Source: an uncultured Spirochaetota bacterium
Lineage (GTDB): Bacteria; Spirochaetota; Brevinematia; Brevinematales; JAOACQ01
Direction of reading: 5' to 3'
Length of the DNA stretch: 64,000 nucleotides
Assembly: GCA_963768055.1 (NCBI GenBank)
Contig: CAVYGN010000001.1
Location: 1,056,001 to 1,120,000 of the forward strand
Positions 17,727 through 27,574 of this stretch are shown here, piece by piece. The position numbers and the translations under genes are program-made. The notes below the pieces were generated by a model. It was given only the letters and a program-made list of their open reading frames with translations. It made no database searches and had not been told where the DNA came from. Each line of letters opens with the position of its first letter. Position 1 is the first letter of the stretch.

Positions 17727-19847
17727 ATGAAAATCCGGAAGTTTTCCCTTCCTGCGGCCTTAACGGTTTTTATTTTAATATTATTATATTCCCTTGACCA
17801 GGTCCTGCCGTTTTTTGAGATTAAAACATACAATACTATGCTAAATTATATAATTATGCAAAAAAATGGTAAAAATACTGTCATAATTACTAATTCTATG
17901 GCAGTAACCTTACCCTATAGTCACGAATCCATACCTACGGATCAATTCACATTCACAACTCATGTTAAAATTATGCCTTTCAGTTCCAAAAACATCCGAA
18001 TTAAAGCGGACGATTATCTTTATAGCTTGACTGTGGATGATATGCCTGTTCCATTGAATCAAATTTCCGAATCACAAAGATGGGATTATAATAACGGCTT
18101 TACCGTCAATCTCGGGCATTATTTGACAAACGGTGAAAATAAAATGGAATTTATTATATCGGATAAAAATAAAGGCAGATATGGATTAACTGTTGAAAGC
18201 AAGCCATGTATTCAAAATCCTTACTCTTTAATTTTTATTACTATTATATTGATATTGCTTGGATTTTCCGGGTATTTTATTCTTTCAAGTTTTATAAAAG
18301 ATAAGGTCCTCATCTGGATTGTCTTTGCCGGTATCGCTCTTCATTTTCATTATTTCGGTTATACGGATTATAACGTCAGGACCTACGATATTCTGGAAGG
18401 CCAGACGGGGCATATAAATTATATCGAATATGTTGTTGATAACCTGTCCATTCCAAAACCGGATAAAGGATGGGAATATCATCAGCCTCCGCTATATTAT
18501 GTGACATCGGCGGTATTTTATAAAATCGGTCAATTAATAAAAGTTAATAACATTTATAGGCTGCTCCAGGCCCTGTCCCTTTTTTATTTTATCGGATTTC
18601 TATTATTCGGGACGCTTATAGTTCTAAGATTGTATGGAAATACTATATTATTTTATCTTGGAGTTTTACTCCTTTTTTTCTGGCCGTCGGGTTTTATTCA
18701 CGCGGTCCGTATAGGTAATGATGTTCTGATTTATTTCCTGTCCGCCGGAGGGATCTATTTCCTGCAAAAATACTACCTGGATAATGATTGCAAGGCTTTT
18801 TATTTCTTTTTGGTATTTGCGTTTCTGGCTATTTTGACCAAGTCAAACGCAGTCATTCTTTATGGAATAATGTTTTTATTCTTACTGGCTGAAGCATTCA
18901 AGGCGGGATTCGATCTAAAAAAATTTTGGCTTAAAAAGGCCGGTATTTTATTCACTGTATTTTTTATCGGGTTTATGATCCATGCATCCGGTAATTATTA
19001 TTATGCGATTAAAGAGGGTCGTCATGACTGGTATATGGCCGCATTTTTAAATAATCCTCAGCAGGTCAACAGCGGTTTGCTGGTCGGGAACAGTTTCGGG
19101 AATTATCTATATTTCGATATGAAGAATTATCTGACGGAACCTTTTACATCTACATGGCAGGACCAGTATGGAAGGCAGTATTTCTGGAATTTTTTCCTGA
19201 AATCCTCTTTATTCGGTGAATTCAGCTTCGAAGGAAAATATATTAGAACCCTCGCTATGATAATGTCCCTCCTATTGCTATCCATGGTAATTACAGTGAT
19301 TTTCGGGCTGATAGTTTATATCAGGAGGTGGTTCCTGTCCGGCAATATCATTTCAAATTGGCTCATGATGCCTGTTGAAAATAAAAATTTTATTAAGGGC
19401 GGTTCCAAAAACTCAACTCTTCAAAAATTCAAAAAAATTGAAGCTAATAATTCCGCCCTATGGGCCCTACCTTGCTGCCCCAAATGGGCGGTTTTTAGAA
19501 GGGCCCTTAATAAAGAATGGGGAAAAATCAATAGAAATGTTAATAATTTTAAGCATGGGTATCTTGAAATTCCGAAGAAAAGATTAAAAAATCTATCGGT
19601 CATGTTCATTACATTGCTCATATCGGTTTTATTGATGGTTATATTCAGGATGCAGATATCTTTTTCCCCGCTGGCGGATTTCAGGTATATCTATCCTGCC
19701 ATACTGCCTTTTATATCTTTTTACCTGTTTACAATACGGCAGATGAGGGAAAGCGGCCATCAGTTCCTGGTGATGATTTTATTTTATCAGGGAATTATTT
19801 TCGCTCTTTCAAGCGGTTTATTCTTTCTAGGCATGTTGAGGATATAA
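17727..19847 (+). CDS. Multi-pass membrane protein, probable GT-C/PMT-like glycosyltransferase, with an in-frame MITE
   Basis: Many TM segments; YD---H--Y, YHQPPLYY, GND, TK, RYIYP motifs. Confidence 0.7.
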   Translation: MKIRKFSLPAALTVFILILLYSLDQVLPFFEIKTYNTMLNYIIMQKNGKNTVIITNSMAVTLPYSHESIPTDQFTFTTHVKIMPFSSKNIRIKADDYLYSLTVDDMPVPLNQISESQRWDYNNGFTVNLGHYLTNGENKMEFIISDKNKGRYGLTVESKPCIQNPYSLIFITIILILLGFSGYFILSSFIKDKVLIWIVFAGIALHFHYFGYTDYNVRTYDILEGQTGHINYIEYVVDNLSIPKPDKGWEYHQPPLYYVTSAVFYKIGQLIKVNNIYRLLQALSLFYFIGFLLFGTLIVLRLYGNTILFYLGVLLLFFWPSGFIHAVRIGNDVLIYFLSAGGIYFLQKYYLDNDCKAFYFFLVFAFLAILTKSNAVILYGIMFLFLLAEAFKAGFDLKKFWLKKAGILFTVFFIGFMIHASGNYYYAIKEGRHDWYMAAFLNNPQQVNSGLLVGNSFGNYLYFDMKNYLTEPFTSTWQDQYGRQYFWNFFLKSSLFGEFSFEGKYIRTLAMIMSLLLLSMVITVIFGLIVYIRRWFLSGNIISNWLMMPVENKNFIKGGSKNSTLQKFKKIEANNSALWALPCCPKWAVFRRALNKEWGKINRNVNNFKHGYLEIPKKRLKNLSVMFITLLISVLLMVIFRMQISFSPLADFRYIYPAILPFISFYLFTIRQMRESGHQFLVMILFYQGIIFALSSGLFFLGMLRI
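19397..19506. mobile_element. MITE copy 2 (110 bp, TTAA duplication), in frame within a CDS
   Basis: Same ends and internal CCGCCCTATGGGC-CTACCTTGC core as the other copies. Confidence 0.85.
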
Positions 19848-19959
19848 AAGATTGCAGCCGAAATCGTTACAAGCTACTTGCAACTGATTTTGAAATTTTG
19901 GCCGGATTATCTTATAATGTGTTTTCAATTAATATATATACTGGAAAAATGGAGGAATT

Positions 19960-20589
19960 ATGGGTTATAATTTCTACAGGAGCGTTTTTTGGGGTATTGT
20001 ACTGATATTGATAGGTGTATCCGTAGTAGTTAATCAATATTTTAACCTCAGCATTCCAATTATTACTGTTATAATCGCAATTATTTTGATTGCGGCGGGT
20101 ATACGGATCATTTTAGGCGGTTCGTTCGGAGGCTGGCATGGCAGCCATGACTGGGATGGATTCGGTTATCAGGTCTTCAAATATGAACCCGGCAGCGGGG
20201 ACAAGGAGTACGATCTGAAATTCAAGGGAGCCACGATCGATCTTAGCGAAGCTTCTCTTGACAAAGGTAACGTTAAAATAGATATCAAAGGTTCTTTCGG
20301 GGGCGGGGTAGTGATTTTAAACCCTGATATTCCTACCCGAATAGAAGCCGAGATATCTTTCGGCGGAGTGACATTCCCGGATGGTGCAGCCGTAGGATTC
20401 GGAAGGGGAAGCTATGAAAGTCCGGGGTTTAAGGCCGATTCCCCGCATCTTTTTATTAAAGTCGATGCGTCGTTCGGAGGCCTTCGTTTTACCACTCATA
20501 AGGAAGGCTATTATGACTGGCATTCAATGAAAAGAGAATGGAAGGACGAACGCAGAAGATGGAGACATCACGGGCATTACCATCATTAA
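19960..20589 (+). CDS. LiaF-like membrane protein with His-rich C-terminus
   Basis: Two N-terminal TMs, IDLS and repeated SFGG beta motifs, ends RHHGHYHH. Confidence 0.6.
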   Translation: MGYNFYRSVFWGIVLILIGVSVVVNQYFNLSIPIITVIIAIILIAAGIRIILGGSFGGWHGSHDWDGFGYQVFKYEPGSGDKEYDLKFKGATIDLSEASLDKGNVKIDIKGSFGGGVVILNPDIPTRIEAEISFGGVTFPDGAAVGFGRGSYESPGFKADSPHLFIKVDASFGGLRFTTHKEGYYDWHSMKREWKDERRRWRHHGHYHH

Positions 20590-20595
20590 GCTATT

Positions 20596-21000
20596 TTATC
20601 CGAATATTAAGGCTATCTCTTTAATAGCGTTTTCAGGGGAGTCTGAACCATGGATAGTGTTCTGCGGCAGGCCGCTTCCATATTTTGCCCGTATTGTTCC
20701 GGGAACCGCTTTTTTCGGGTCGGTCGAGCCGATTAATATCCTGAACGATTCTACGGCGTTTTCTTTTTCAAGTTCCATTGCAAAAACATTATCTGAAATA
20801 GTGAATTTTATCAATTTGTCATAGTATTCTGTGCCTTTATGGATTGAATAAAATTCCCCCGCGCTTTGCTCGTTAAAACGCATGAGCCGCGCTCGCACTA
20901 TTTTAAACCCGGCCGACTCTATCATGGAAATTATATTACCCATATTGCCCGAACTGTAGCCGTCCGGTTTTATCATCGCGAAAGTCCTGCCGGTGTCCAT
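20596..21000 (-). CDS. ndk: Nucleoside diphosphate kinase
   Basis: RTFAMIKPD, PGTIRA, N-IHGSDS. Confidence 0.96.
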   Translation of the reverse strand: MDTGRTFAMIKPDGYSSGNMGNIISMIESAGFKIVRARLMRFNEQSAGEFYSIHKGTEYYDKLIKFTISDNVFAMELEKENAVESFRILIGSTDPKKAVPGTIRAKYGSGLPQNTIHGSDSPENAIKEIALIFG

Positions 21001-21113
21001 TTGTAAGCTCCTTTTAATAATTATAGTCATTATTTTCGAATAATTGGAGATATTAAGCAAATTTTGTATGGCATCACTGCCAAACATTCGAGATTCTCCG
21101 TTTTATACCTGAT

Positions 21114-22195
21114 CTAATATCCCGCCAGACTTCTGATCTGCCGGTTTACATCATTCCTGCAAATGCCGCCATAATAGCAGACAATGGTTTGGATTTCGAA
21201 ACCTGCCAGGATCTTTAATAAATCAGGCGCTGTCCTGCTATTCCTGCAAAGAATCTTCCCGTCGGTCGAAAGAGAGTCACCGGCAATAAGAGTTTTATAG
21301 CGTTTCAGGTAAAGGCAATAACGGCCTTCCGGACCCCGTATAATAATAATACCGCCGAATAACGGAAGTTCATCGCCGTCTTTCTGTGAACCTGTGCCGT
21401 ACAATTTCATGCAAGACCTGCCGGGCAGCAGTCCGATACTGCTCAGAGCTTCCCCGAACCGTTCAATTCTGCCGGGAAACCCCGAGTCGGCAAAGATTAC
21501 CTCTTCGTTGTCGATTAAAAATACCGGATGTACTGTTTTCTTTTTACCGTCCGGAAATAATGCTGGAACATTAAGAACGATGAACCTTTTTTCTTTTATC
21601 ATATCATCGATTTTTATTTCGGGGTGGTGGTATCTGTATCCCTCTATATTCGATTCCGTTCCGCCGTGGATTGCCTGCTGCGGGCACCAATGGAGGCATG
21701 CCAGGCAGCTTTCACAATGGTGCCGCCAGGCAGGCTTGTCCTGTTTTATTTCAATATTTTTAACCGGGCACACTTTTGCGCATATCCCGCATCCATTGCA
21801 GTTTTCATCGATATGAGTTCGCGGATTGCCAGGCCGGTTGTGCCGATGAATCTATTCAAACTTTCCAGGACCTTTTTCCTCAGACCGTTAAGTAGGGGTG
21901 AAAACAGGAACCGGCCGGCCGACATGGCCATAAGGCCGTAAGTACAAACTACGAAAAGATAAGAACCGGTAAATTCCAGCTTCCTGATGAAATTTTCCAC
22001 GATAAGCGGCACTCCGCCCAGGTTTACCGAATAATATACAGGGAAAACCAACCCTATAACATCGGCATTTGTTTGAACTGTTTTTCGGTCATTTAATGAG
22101 GCTATGGAAATAACTTTCCCTTTTAATTTTCCCGCGATTTTCCTTGCGGTGAAAAGGGAATTCCCGGTGCCGGAAAAATAATAAATTTCGGTCAT
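21114..22195 (-). pseudogene. EFR1-type flavodoxin/ferredoxin gene (frameshifted, internally shortened) fused to an MBL-hydrolase remnant
   Basis: YYFSGTGNS and FPVY in one frame; CNGCGICAKVCP and CESCLACLHWCP in another; MBL-like DSG and IAGD without HxHxDH. Confidence 0.7.
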
Positions 22196-22212
22196 AAGAT
22201 GTTTTATATAGG

Positions 22213-22815
22213 TCAATCTATGTAATTTATTATATTGCCGTTCCTTACAGGGGCCTGAGGCTGATAATCGGGATTTTTATACCCCAGGGCGATCCCGTAA
22301 AGAGGTTCGTAACCTTCGGGTATCTTTAGCAGGGCGGTCTCTCCCTCCTTCCTGAAACAGCGGTTGGTCGACTCAAGCCATATGGAACCGATGCTCAGGC
22401 TCTCGGCGGCGATAAGCATATTCTGCATTGCGGCGCTGCATGAGGACAATACATGTTTCGAAAAACCGGGGTCTTTCCAGCCCGATACGATTATTAGGGT
22501 AGGCGCGCCGTATGTAATGTCGAATTTGCCCGATCCGCCGGCCGCTTTCCGCCTTTCTATAAATGCCTGGATCATCTGCCATCCTTCTTCTTTTGCTTCA
22601 AGCATTTTTAAGGCTATTTCATTAGAAACGCTGCTTATATGCTCGATAACGCTCCGGTTGCGGATCACAGTAAAATACCATGGCTGAGTGTTGTTGCCGC
22701 TGGGGGCGTATATGCCCGCTTCCAATATCAGGTCAAGTTCTTCCCGGCCGATCTGTTCGGGCTTGAAAGATCTTACACTTCTTCTTCTTTTAATGGCATT
22801 TAAAACCTCGTTCAT
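22213..22815 (-). CDS. Nitroreductase family protein
   Basis: RRSVRSF, APSGNNTQPW, QNMLIAA-SL-IGS-W. Confidence 0.92.
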   Translation of the reverse strand: MNEVLNAIKRRRSVRSFKPEQIGREELDLILEAGIYAPSGNNTQPWYFTVIRNRSVIEHISSVSNEIALKMLEAKEEGWQMIQAFIERRKAAGGSGKFDITYGAPTLIIVSGWKDPGFSKHVLSSCSAAMQNMLIAAESLSIGSIWLESTNRCFRKEGETALLKIPEGYEPLYGIALGYKNPDYQPQAPVRNGNIINYID

Positions 22816-23276
22816 AAATCCTCCTCTTTATCAGTTTTGTTAAAATAATCGAGGGCAAGCGACATCAACCTGACAAATTCAACCGTATCCTTTTCCCCGA
22901 GAAAATTCATCAAACCCTCGCATTTTTTCGTAAATTCATTTCTAAGCGTTATGACCGCATCCACCCCCTTTTCAGTCGGCTTTAAAAGGACTATCCGCCG
23001 GTCTTTCGGGTCGTCTAATCTTTCAACAAAGCCCTTTTTTACAAGGGGATCGACCGCATGGGTCATATTGGCCGGGGTAACCCCAAGCTTTGAACTGAGA
23101 TCTGAGATTTTTATGCCCCTGGTTTCAGCCGCCATGCATTGCGCAAGGGTGAATAAAACGATCATATCGGCCTGGCTGATCTCCTGCCCCGGAGTTTTGT
23201 TCACGCCTACTTTTTTAAACCGGTAAATATTTGATGTTAATTCCTGTAATAAGGAACCTTTTCCCAGACATTTCAT
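22812..23276 (-). CDS. MarR family transcriptional regulator
   Basis: L--KGFVER--DPKDRR, T-KG. Confidence 0.9.
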   Translation of the reverse strand: MKCLGKGSLLQELTSNIYRFKKVGVNKTPGQEISQADMIVLFTLAQCMAAETRGIKISDLSSKLGVTPANMTHAVDPLVKKGFVERLDDPKDRRIVLLKPTEKGVDAVITLRNEFTKKCEGLMNFLGEKDTVEFVRLMSLALDYFNKTDKEEDL

Positions 23277-23472
23277 TATAAACCTCTTTTTTAATTTATT
23301 ATATAAATAATTTATTAAATATAATATTAAATATATAAAGTATATACTAAATAAATTATTGTGTAAAGTATTATTTTAAAATAAAAGATTGGGTGCAATA
23401 GGGTCATCGAAGAATTGCATGTAGAGCTTGAGTTCAGCCCCCATAGGAGGTGAGTCTCAATCCGAAGGGTAA

Positions 23473-25494
23473 TTATACCCTGATTGGAAGGATTACTATG
23501 GGTATCCCGCCTGTATAGAATTTTCTCTGGATCGAGAAGGCGGTATAATTATGCAGCCAGCGTGTGAGTGCGGATTCTTCAGGAAAAACAAGCTGTCCTG
23601 CAAAGAAAACCGAATTGGGGAATTTTTTGATTATTTCAGGAGCAATTTTAAATGATTCTTCTACAATATCGACTGCAAGTGATGTGTAGCATTCGGCATA
23701 GAAGCCGTTTGAATTCATATATCTTGTATATTTCATGCCGTCTTCCGAGCATTGATTGTTCAATTCTGTCATTTCATCTTGCCCCTTAAAAACTCCTGAA
23801 TCGATCTGCCCGATTTGAACGAAGACAAAATTCTTGTAAACGCCGCTGAAAAGACGCAAAATGGTAAACAGTGTGTGAAGCCCCAAACCGCTGAAACCGT
23901 TGACAAAAAGGACTGCGGTTTTTGCTTTTTCGTCGCACCTGATATTTTCATTATCGGTTTCAGAGGCTTTTAAATCTCCTTTTTTTATTTCCTGTTCATT
24001 CATCACCGCATCGGTAAGCGCATCGAGCCTTTTCAGCATTTTGCGGGTATGGTTATAGTGGCGCTTGACAAATAATGATGCAGCAATAATTGCCCCTGTA
24101 ATTATTATAGTAATCCATCCGCCCTCGAAGAATTTGAGGATGACGACCGAAATGAGGATGAAAAGAGTCAATGTAAGCCCTATGCCGTTGATGAGAAGTT
24201 TCTTAAGCCAGCCCTTTTCACTTTTTCTATTGATCCACCAGTGGCGCACCATGCCCAGCTGGGAAAGGGAAAAAGTTATGAAAACGTTGATGCTGTAAAG
24301 GATGACAAGGAAACCGACATTGCCATGAGAATAGATCATAAGACCGATGGAAGCGATTCCCATGATCAGAATTCCGTTTTTTGTGACAAGGCGGTCGGAT
24401 AGCGATGAAAACCTTGTAGGGGCCCACTTGTCGAGCGCCATGTTTGAAAGAACACGCGGACCGTCGAGAAACCCGGTCTGCGCCGCAAAAAACAGGAGAA
24501 CGGCTTCGGATATGAGGCATGCAAGGACAAATGCATAACTCCAGGGCGCATGCCAGGCTGAAGTCATTTTTTCAAAAAGAACTGCATTGAGAGTCTTGCC
24601 CTCGACATGACCGACGTTAAGCATCAGGTAGCCTATTAACAAACCAGCGACCATGAAAGATAACGAATAAGCCATATAATTCATCGTTTTTTTTGCAGTC
24701 TGGATCTTCGGCACCCGCAATATCGGAATACCGTTGCTGACAGCCTCTATACCCGTATATGTTCCTGCCCCCATGCTGTATGAACGGAGAATAATGAAAA
24801 GCATACCAAAAAATCCAAGGCTGCTGCTCGTGTTGTGTATATCGGTAGCGGTACTATGGATCAGATTAGGAATATTGCCTGTGTTAATTCCGATAATATA
24901 CAAAATAGCGAATACATGCGTTAAGATAAATAAAATGAAAATAGGCACGATCGGCAGGACGGATTCTTTAACGCCCCGCAGATTGAGCCACATCAGCAAT
25001 ACAACGCCAAGGCATGCCACGATGAATTTGTAAGATAGAAATCCGCTTGGAAGGAAGCTGAAAATTGCGTCGGCTCCGCTCGCAATCGAAAGGGTTATTG
25101 TAAGAAGGTAATCTATAAGAAGCGCGCAGCCCGATATCATTCCGACTTTCGGAGAAATGAGCTTGCTTGCAACCAGGTAACCCCCGCCTCCCGAGGGGAA
25201 TAGCTCAATGATCTGCTTGTAGCTTGTCGCGACAATGAATATCGTTAAAACTGTGCCCAATCCCACGAACAGACTTAGATAAAGATGATTGCCGAGATTC
25301 AGGAAAGCCTCTTCAGGTCCGTAACAAGACGATGTGAGGCCGTCAACCCCCAATCCTACCCATGCGAAAAATGCAATGAGGGAAATTTTATGAAACAGAG
25401 ATGGGTCTGAAATATTCCTTGAGCCGCCGAAAAGCAATTTCTGGACCCTTTTTAACGGTGTTTCCTTGTTATCGTTATCCATTTTACCACGCAT
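23473..25494 (-). CDS. APC family permease, KimA/YdaO-like (probable K+ transporter)
   Basis: DGLTSSCYGPEEA, PSGGGGY, TGIEAVSNG, many TMs plus a soluble C-terminal domain. Confidence 0.85.
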   Translation of the reverse strand: MRGKMDNDNKETPLKRVQKLLFGGSRNISDPSLFHKISLIAFFAWVGLGVDGLTSSCYGPEEAFLNLGNHLYLSLFVGLGTVLTIFIVATSYKQIIELFPSGGGGYLVASKLISPKVGMISGCALLIDYLLTITLSIASGADAIFSFLPSGFLSYKFIVACLGVVLLMWLNLRGVKESVLPIVPIFILFILTHVFAILYIIGINTGNIPNLIHSTATDIHNTSSSLGFFGMLFIILRSYSMGAGTYTGIEAVSNGIPILRVPKIQTAKKTMNYMAYSLSFMVAGLLIGYLMLNVGHVEGKTLNAVLFEKMTSAWHAPWSYAFVLACLISEAVLLFFAAQTGFLDGPRVLSNMALDKWAPTRFSSLSDRLVTKNGILIMGIASIGLMIYSHGNVGFLVILYSINVFITFSLSQLGMVRHWWINRKSEKGWLKKLLINGIGLTLTLFILISVVILKFFEGGWITIIITGAIIAASLFVKRHYNHTRKMLKRLDALTDAVMNEQEIKKGDLKASETDNENIRCDEKAKTAVLFVNGFSGLGLHTLFTILRLFSGVYKNFVFVQIGQIDSGVFKGQDEMTELNNQCSEDGMKYTRYMNSNGFYAECYTSLAVDIVEESFKIAPEIIKKFPNSVFFAGQLVFPEESALTRWLHNYTAFSIQRKFYTGGIPIVILPIRV

Positions 25495-25622
25495 TACCTA
25501 GTTTATTATTATAATTTGAGATTTCAATTAATTCAATTTCCTGTTTTTTTATAGGGGTGATTTTTGTTGAAATTTATCATTATTAAAAATAAAATAAGGT
25601 ATCTTCAAATAAAGGGTGCTTT

Positions 25623-26204
25623 ATGAACAAATTTTACCTTGTACTAATTCCTGCAATGATTATTCTCGCTTCCTGCTCGCCGAAGGAAAACAAGCAGAAC
25701 CTTGACGATATTATTTTATTGAATGAAAGCCAGGTGGCAAATTTCGTCAATATCCTGCCGGTAATATTTAAATTCTCGGACAATTATTATTCAGGGCTTT
25801 CACAGGAAGAAAGGGACTCGACAAACTATAACCTGAAATTTTTCGAAGCGCTGGAAAAAGACAGTTCGATAAATAAGTTACTGCCTGAGTATAATTTTTC
25901 AAATTCCATCGAACTTATCAAGGTTTATAATAACGTAGTGATGGAATATACTACTATAACAAGGGATTTCAGAAATTATAAAAAAGAACTGGATAATTTG
26001 AGGCAGACAATAGATTCGGAAAAAACTAATTATTCAATCGGCCTGAAAGATAAATCCCTGTCTGAAGACGACAGGAAAGTAATTCTGTCCAGGCTTAAAG
26101 AACTTGCGGATGATGAAAAGAGGGTGTCGAATATAATCATTGTCAGGAAATATGAGAAAAGGATCGATGACGCTTATTTTAACTATTACGGGAAAAAGAA
26201 GTAG
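25623..26204 (+). CDS. Hypothetical lipoprotein
   Basis: Lipobox ILAS-C; coiled-coil-like C-terminus. Confidence 0.7.
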   Translation: MNKFYLVLIPAMIILASCSPKENKQNLDDIILLNESQVANFVNILPVIFKFSDNYYSGLSQEERDSTNYNLKFFEALEKDSSINKLLPEYNFSNSIELIKVYNNVVMEYTTITRDFRNYKKELDNLRQTIDSEKTNYSIGLKDKSLSEDDRKVILSRLKELADDEKRVSNIIIVRKYEKRIDDAYFNYYGKKK

Positions 26205-27570
26205 GAATAAACTCTTCCGGCGGTATTAAATGATGTGAAAGCCTGTATTGCAAAACAGCCGTTTTCGGGCTTTCACCGTAAACATAAGTCCTGCCGAGGT
26301 CCCTCAAACCGTTTTTCAGAGTGATAATTTTCTTTTTGATCACCTGGAATTCGTCCATCGGGGAATTCTGAAATTCCGTGAAGGGTTTTGGGACGAGCGG
26401 ATTGATATTAATGATGAACTCGGGAACATATCCATGTTTTTTTGAATAAGAATGCGACAAAATCCTGAGGCTTTTAACTAGTCCTATTATCTCTTCAATA
26501 TCCCCGGAGGTTTCGCCGGGCAGTCCGATTAAAAAGTATAATTTCAGCCTTTTAATGCCCATCTCGAAAGCCATGCCGGCTTTTTCCATCAAGATCTCGT
26601 TAGGAATAACCTTGTTTATTGTTTTTTTCAGATTCAGTGAAGAGGTTTCAGGGGCGACTGTCAGTGTTTTATTTTCGTTGTTTATTATAAGTTCAAGAAG
26701 TTCTTCGTCAAGCCCTTCAAGCCTGAACGCTGAAAAGGATAGCCTGAAGTTCATTCTGTTAAGTTCCTTGATGATATGCTTCAAATCCGGATGATTTGTT
26801 AAGGTCGCAGCGATAAGTCCGATCTTACCGGTTAATTTTAAATAATTTTCAGCAGTTTCAATAATTTTATCCTCGGGATAGGGGATATATTTCCCATATA
26901 AGCTTGATACCAGGCAAAAATTACATTTATAAAGGCATCCTCTTGAAATTTCAATAAGTCCCATGTCGGAAAATTCTGCTTTATCGGAAAGAATAACACT
27001 ATGTGACAGAATATTTCCGCATTGATAATAGGGTATATTTTCTCCTGCATCCCTATCCCGGTAATAAAAACCTTCGTAACCGCCAAGAGTATGAATAAAA
27101 TCATGTAAATCATTGAAATTACCTAGTTCCCTCAGGATTATCGGAATAGCGTATTCTGCCGGTGCGCAAACGGTAATATCGGCGATCTCCCTTAAATAAA
27201 AAAAAAGAAAAGTCGCCGCTATACCGCCTGCAATAATAATGGGTTTTTTCCTCTTGCCGGATTTTATTTCTATTCCGGAGCTCCTTAGCATCTCGATAAG
27301 GTTTATTAAATCGGGTTCGAAAGATATCGATATAAATATTACATCGAAAAGGGAAATGCTTCTACCGGATTCAAGGGCTGTCGTTCCTGTTTTCTGTGAT
27401 TTTTTGTTTAAAAACGCCCTTTCGCAATGTATGAAAGGATACTGCTGCAAAAGATGGTAAATGTTTTGAAAGGCAAGGCTTGACATGCCGATGGAATAAG
27501 CATTTGGATAGCAGACAACTGTGTTGTAAAGTATTTTTGTCTTTTTATAATTATAGAGAAATTTTTCCAT
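26179..27570 (-). CDS. B12-binding-like radical SAM protein
   Basis: YPNAYSIGMSSL, EISRGCLYKCNFC (CxxxCxxC), LKLYFLIGLPGE, PKPFT. Confidence 0.9.
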   Translation of the reverse strand: MEKFLYNYKKTKILYNTVVCYPNAYSIGMSSLAFQNIYHLLQQYPFIHCERAFLNKKSQKTGTTALESGRSISLFDVIFISISFEPDLINLIEMLRSSGIEIKSGKRKKPIIIAGGIAATFLFFYLREIADITVCAPAEYAIPIILRELGNFNDLHDFIHTLGGYEGFYYRDRDAGENIPYYQCGNILSHSVILSDKAEFSDMGLIEISRGCLYKCNFCLVSSLYGKYIPYPEDKIIETAENYLKLTGKIGLIAATLTNHPDLKHIIKELNRMNFRLSFSAFRLEGLDEELLELIINNENKTLTVAPETSSLNLKKTINKVIPNEILMEKAGMAFEMGIKRLKLYFLIGLPGETSGDIEEIIGLVKSLRILSHSYSKKHGYVPEFIININPLVPKPFTEFQNSPMDEFQVIKKKIITLKNGLRDLGRTYVYGESPKTAVLQYRLSHHLIPPEEFIPTSFSRNS

Positions 27571-27574
27571 GCCG

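Noticed and set aside
25495..25622. c-di-AMP (ydaO) riboswitch ahead of the KimA-like gene
   Set aside because: The region is short and AT-rich, without the conserved riboswitch motifs.
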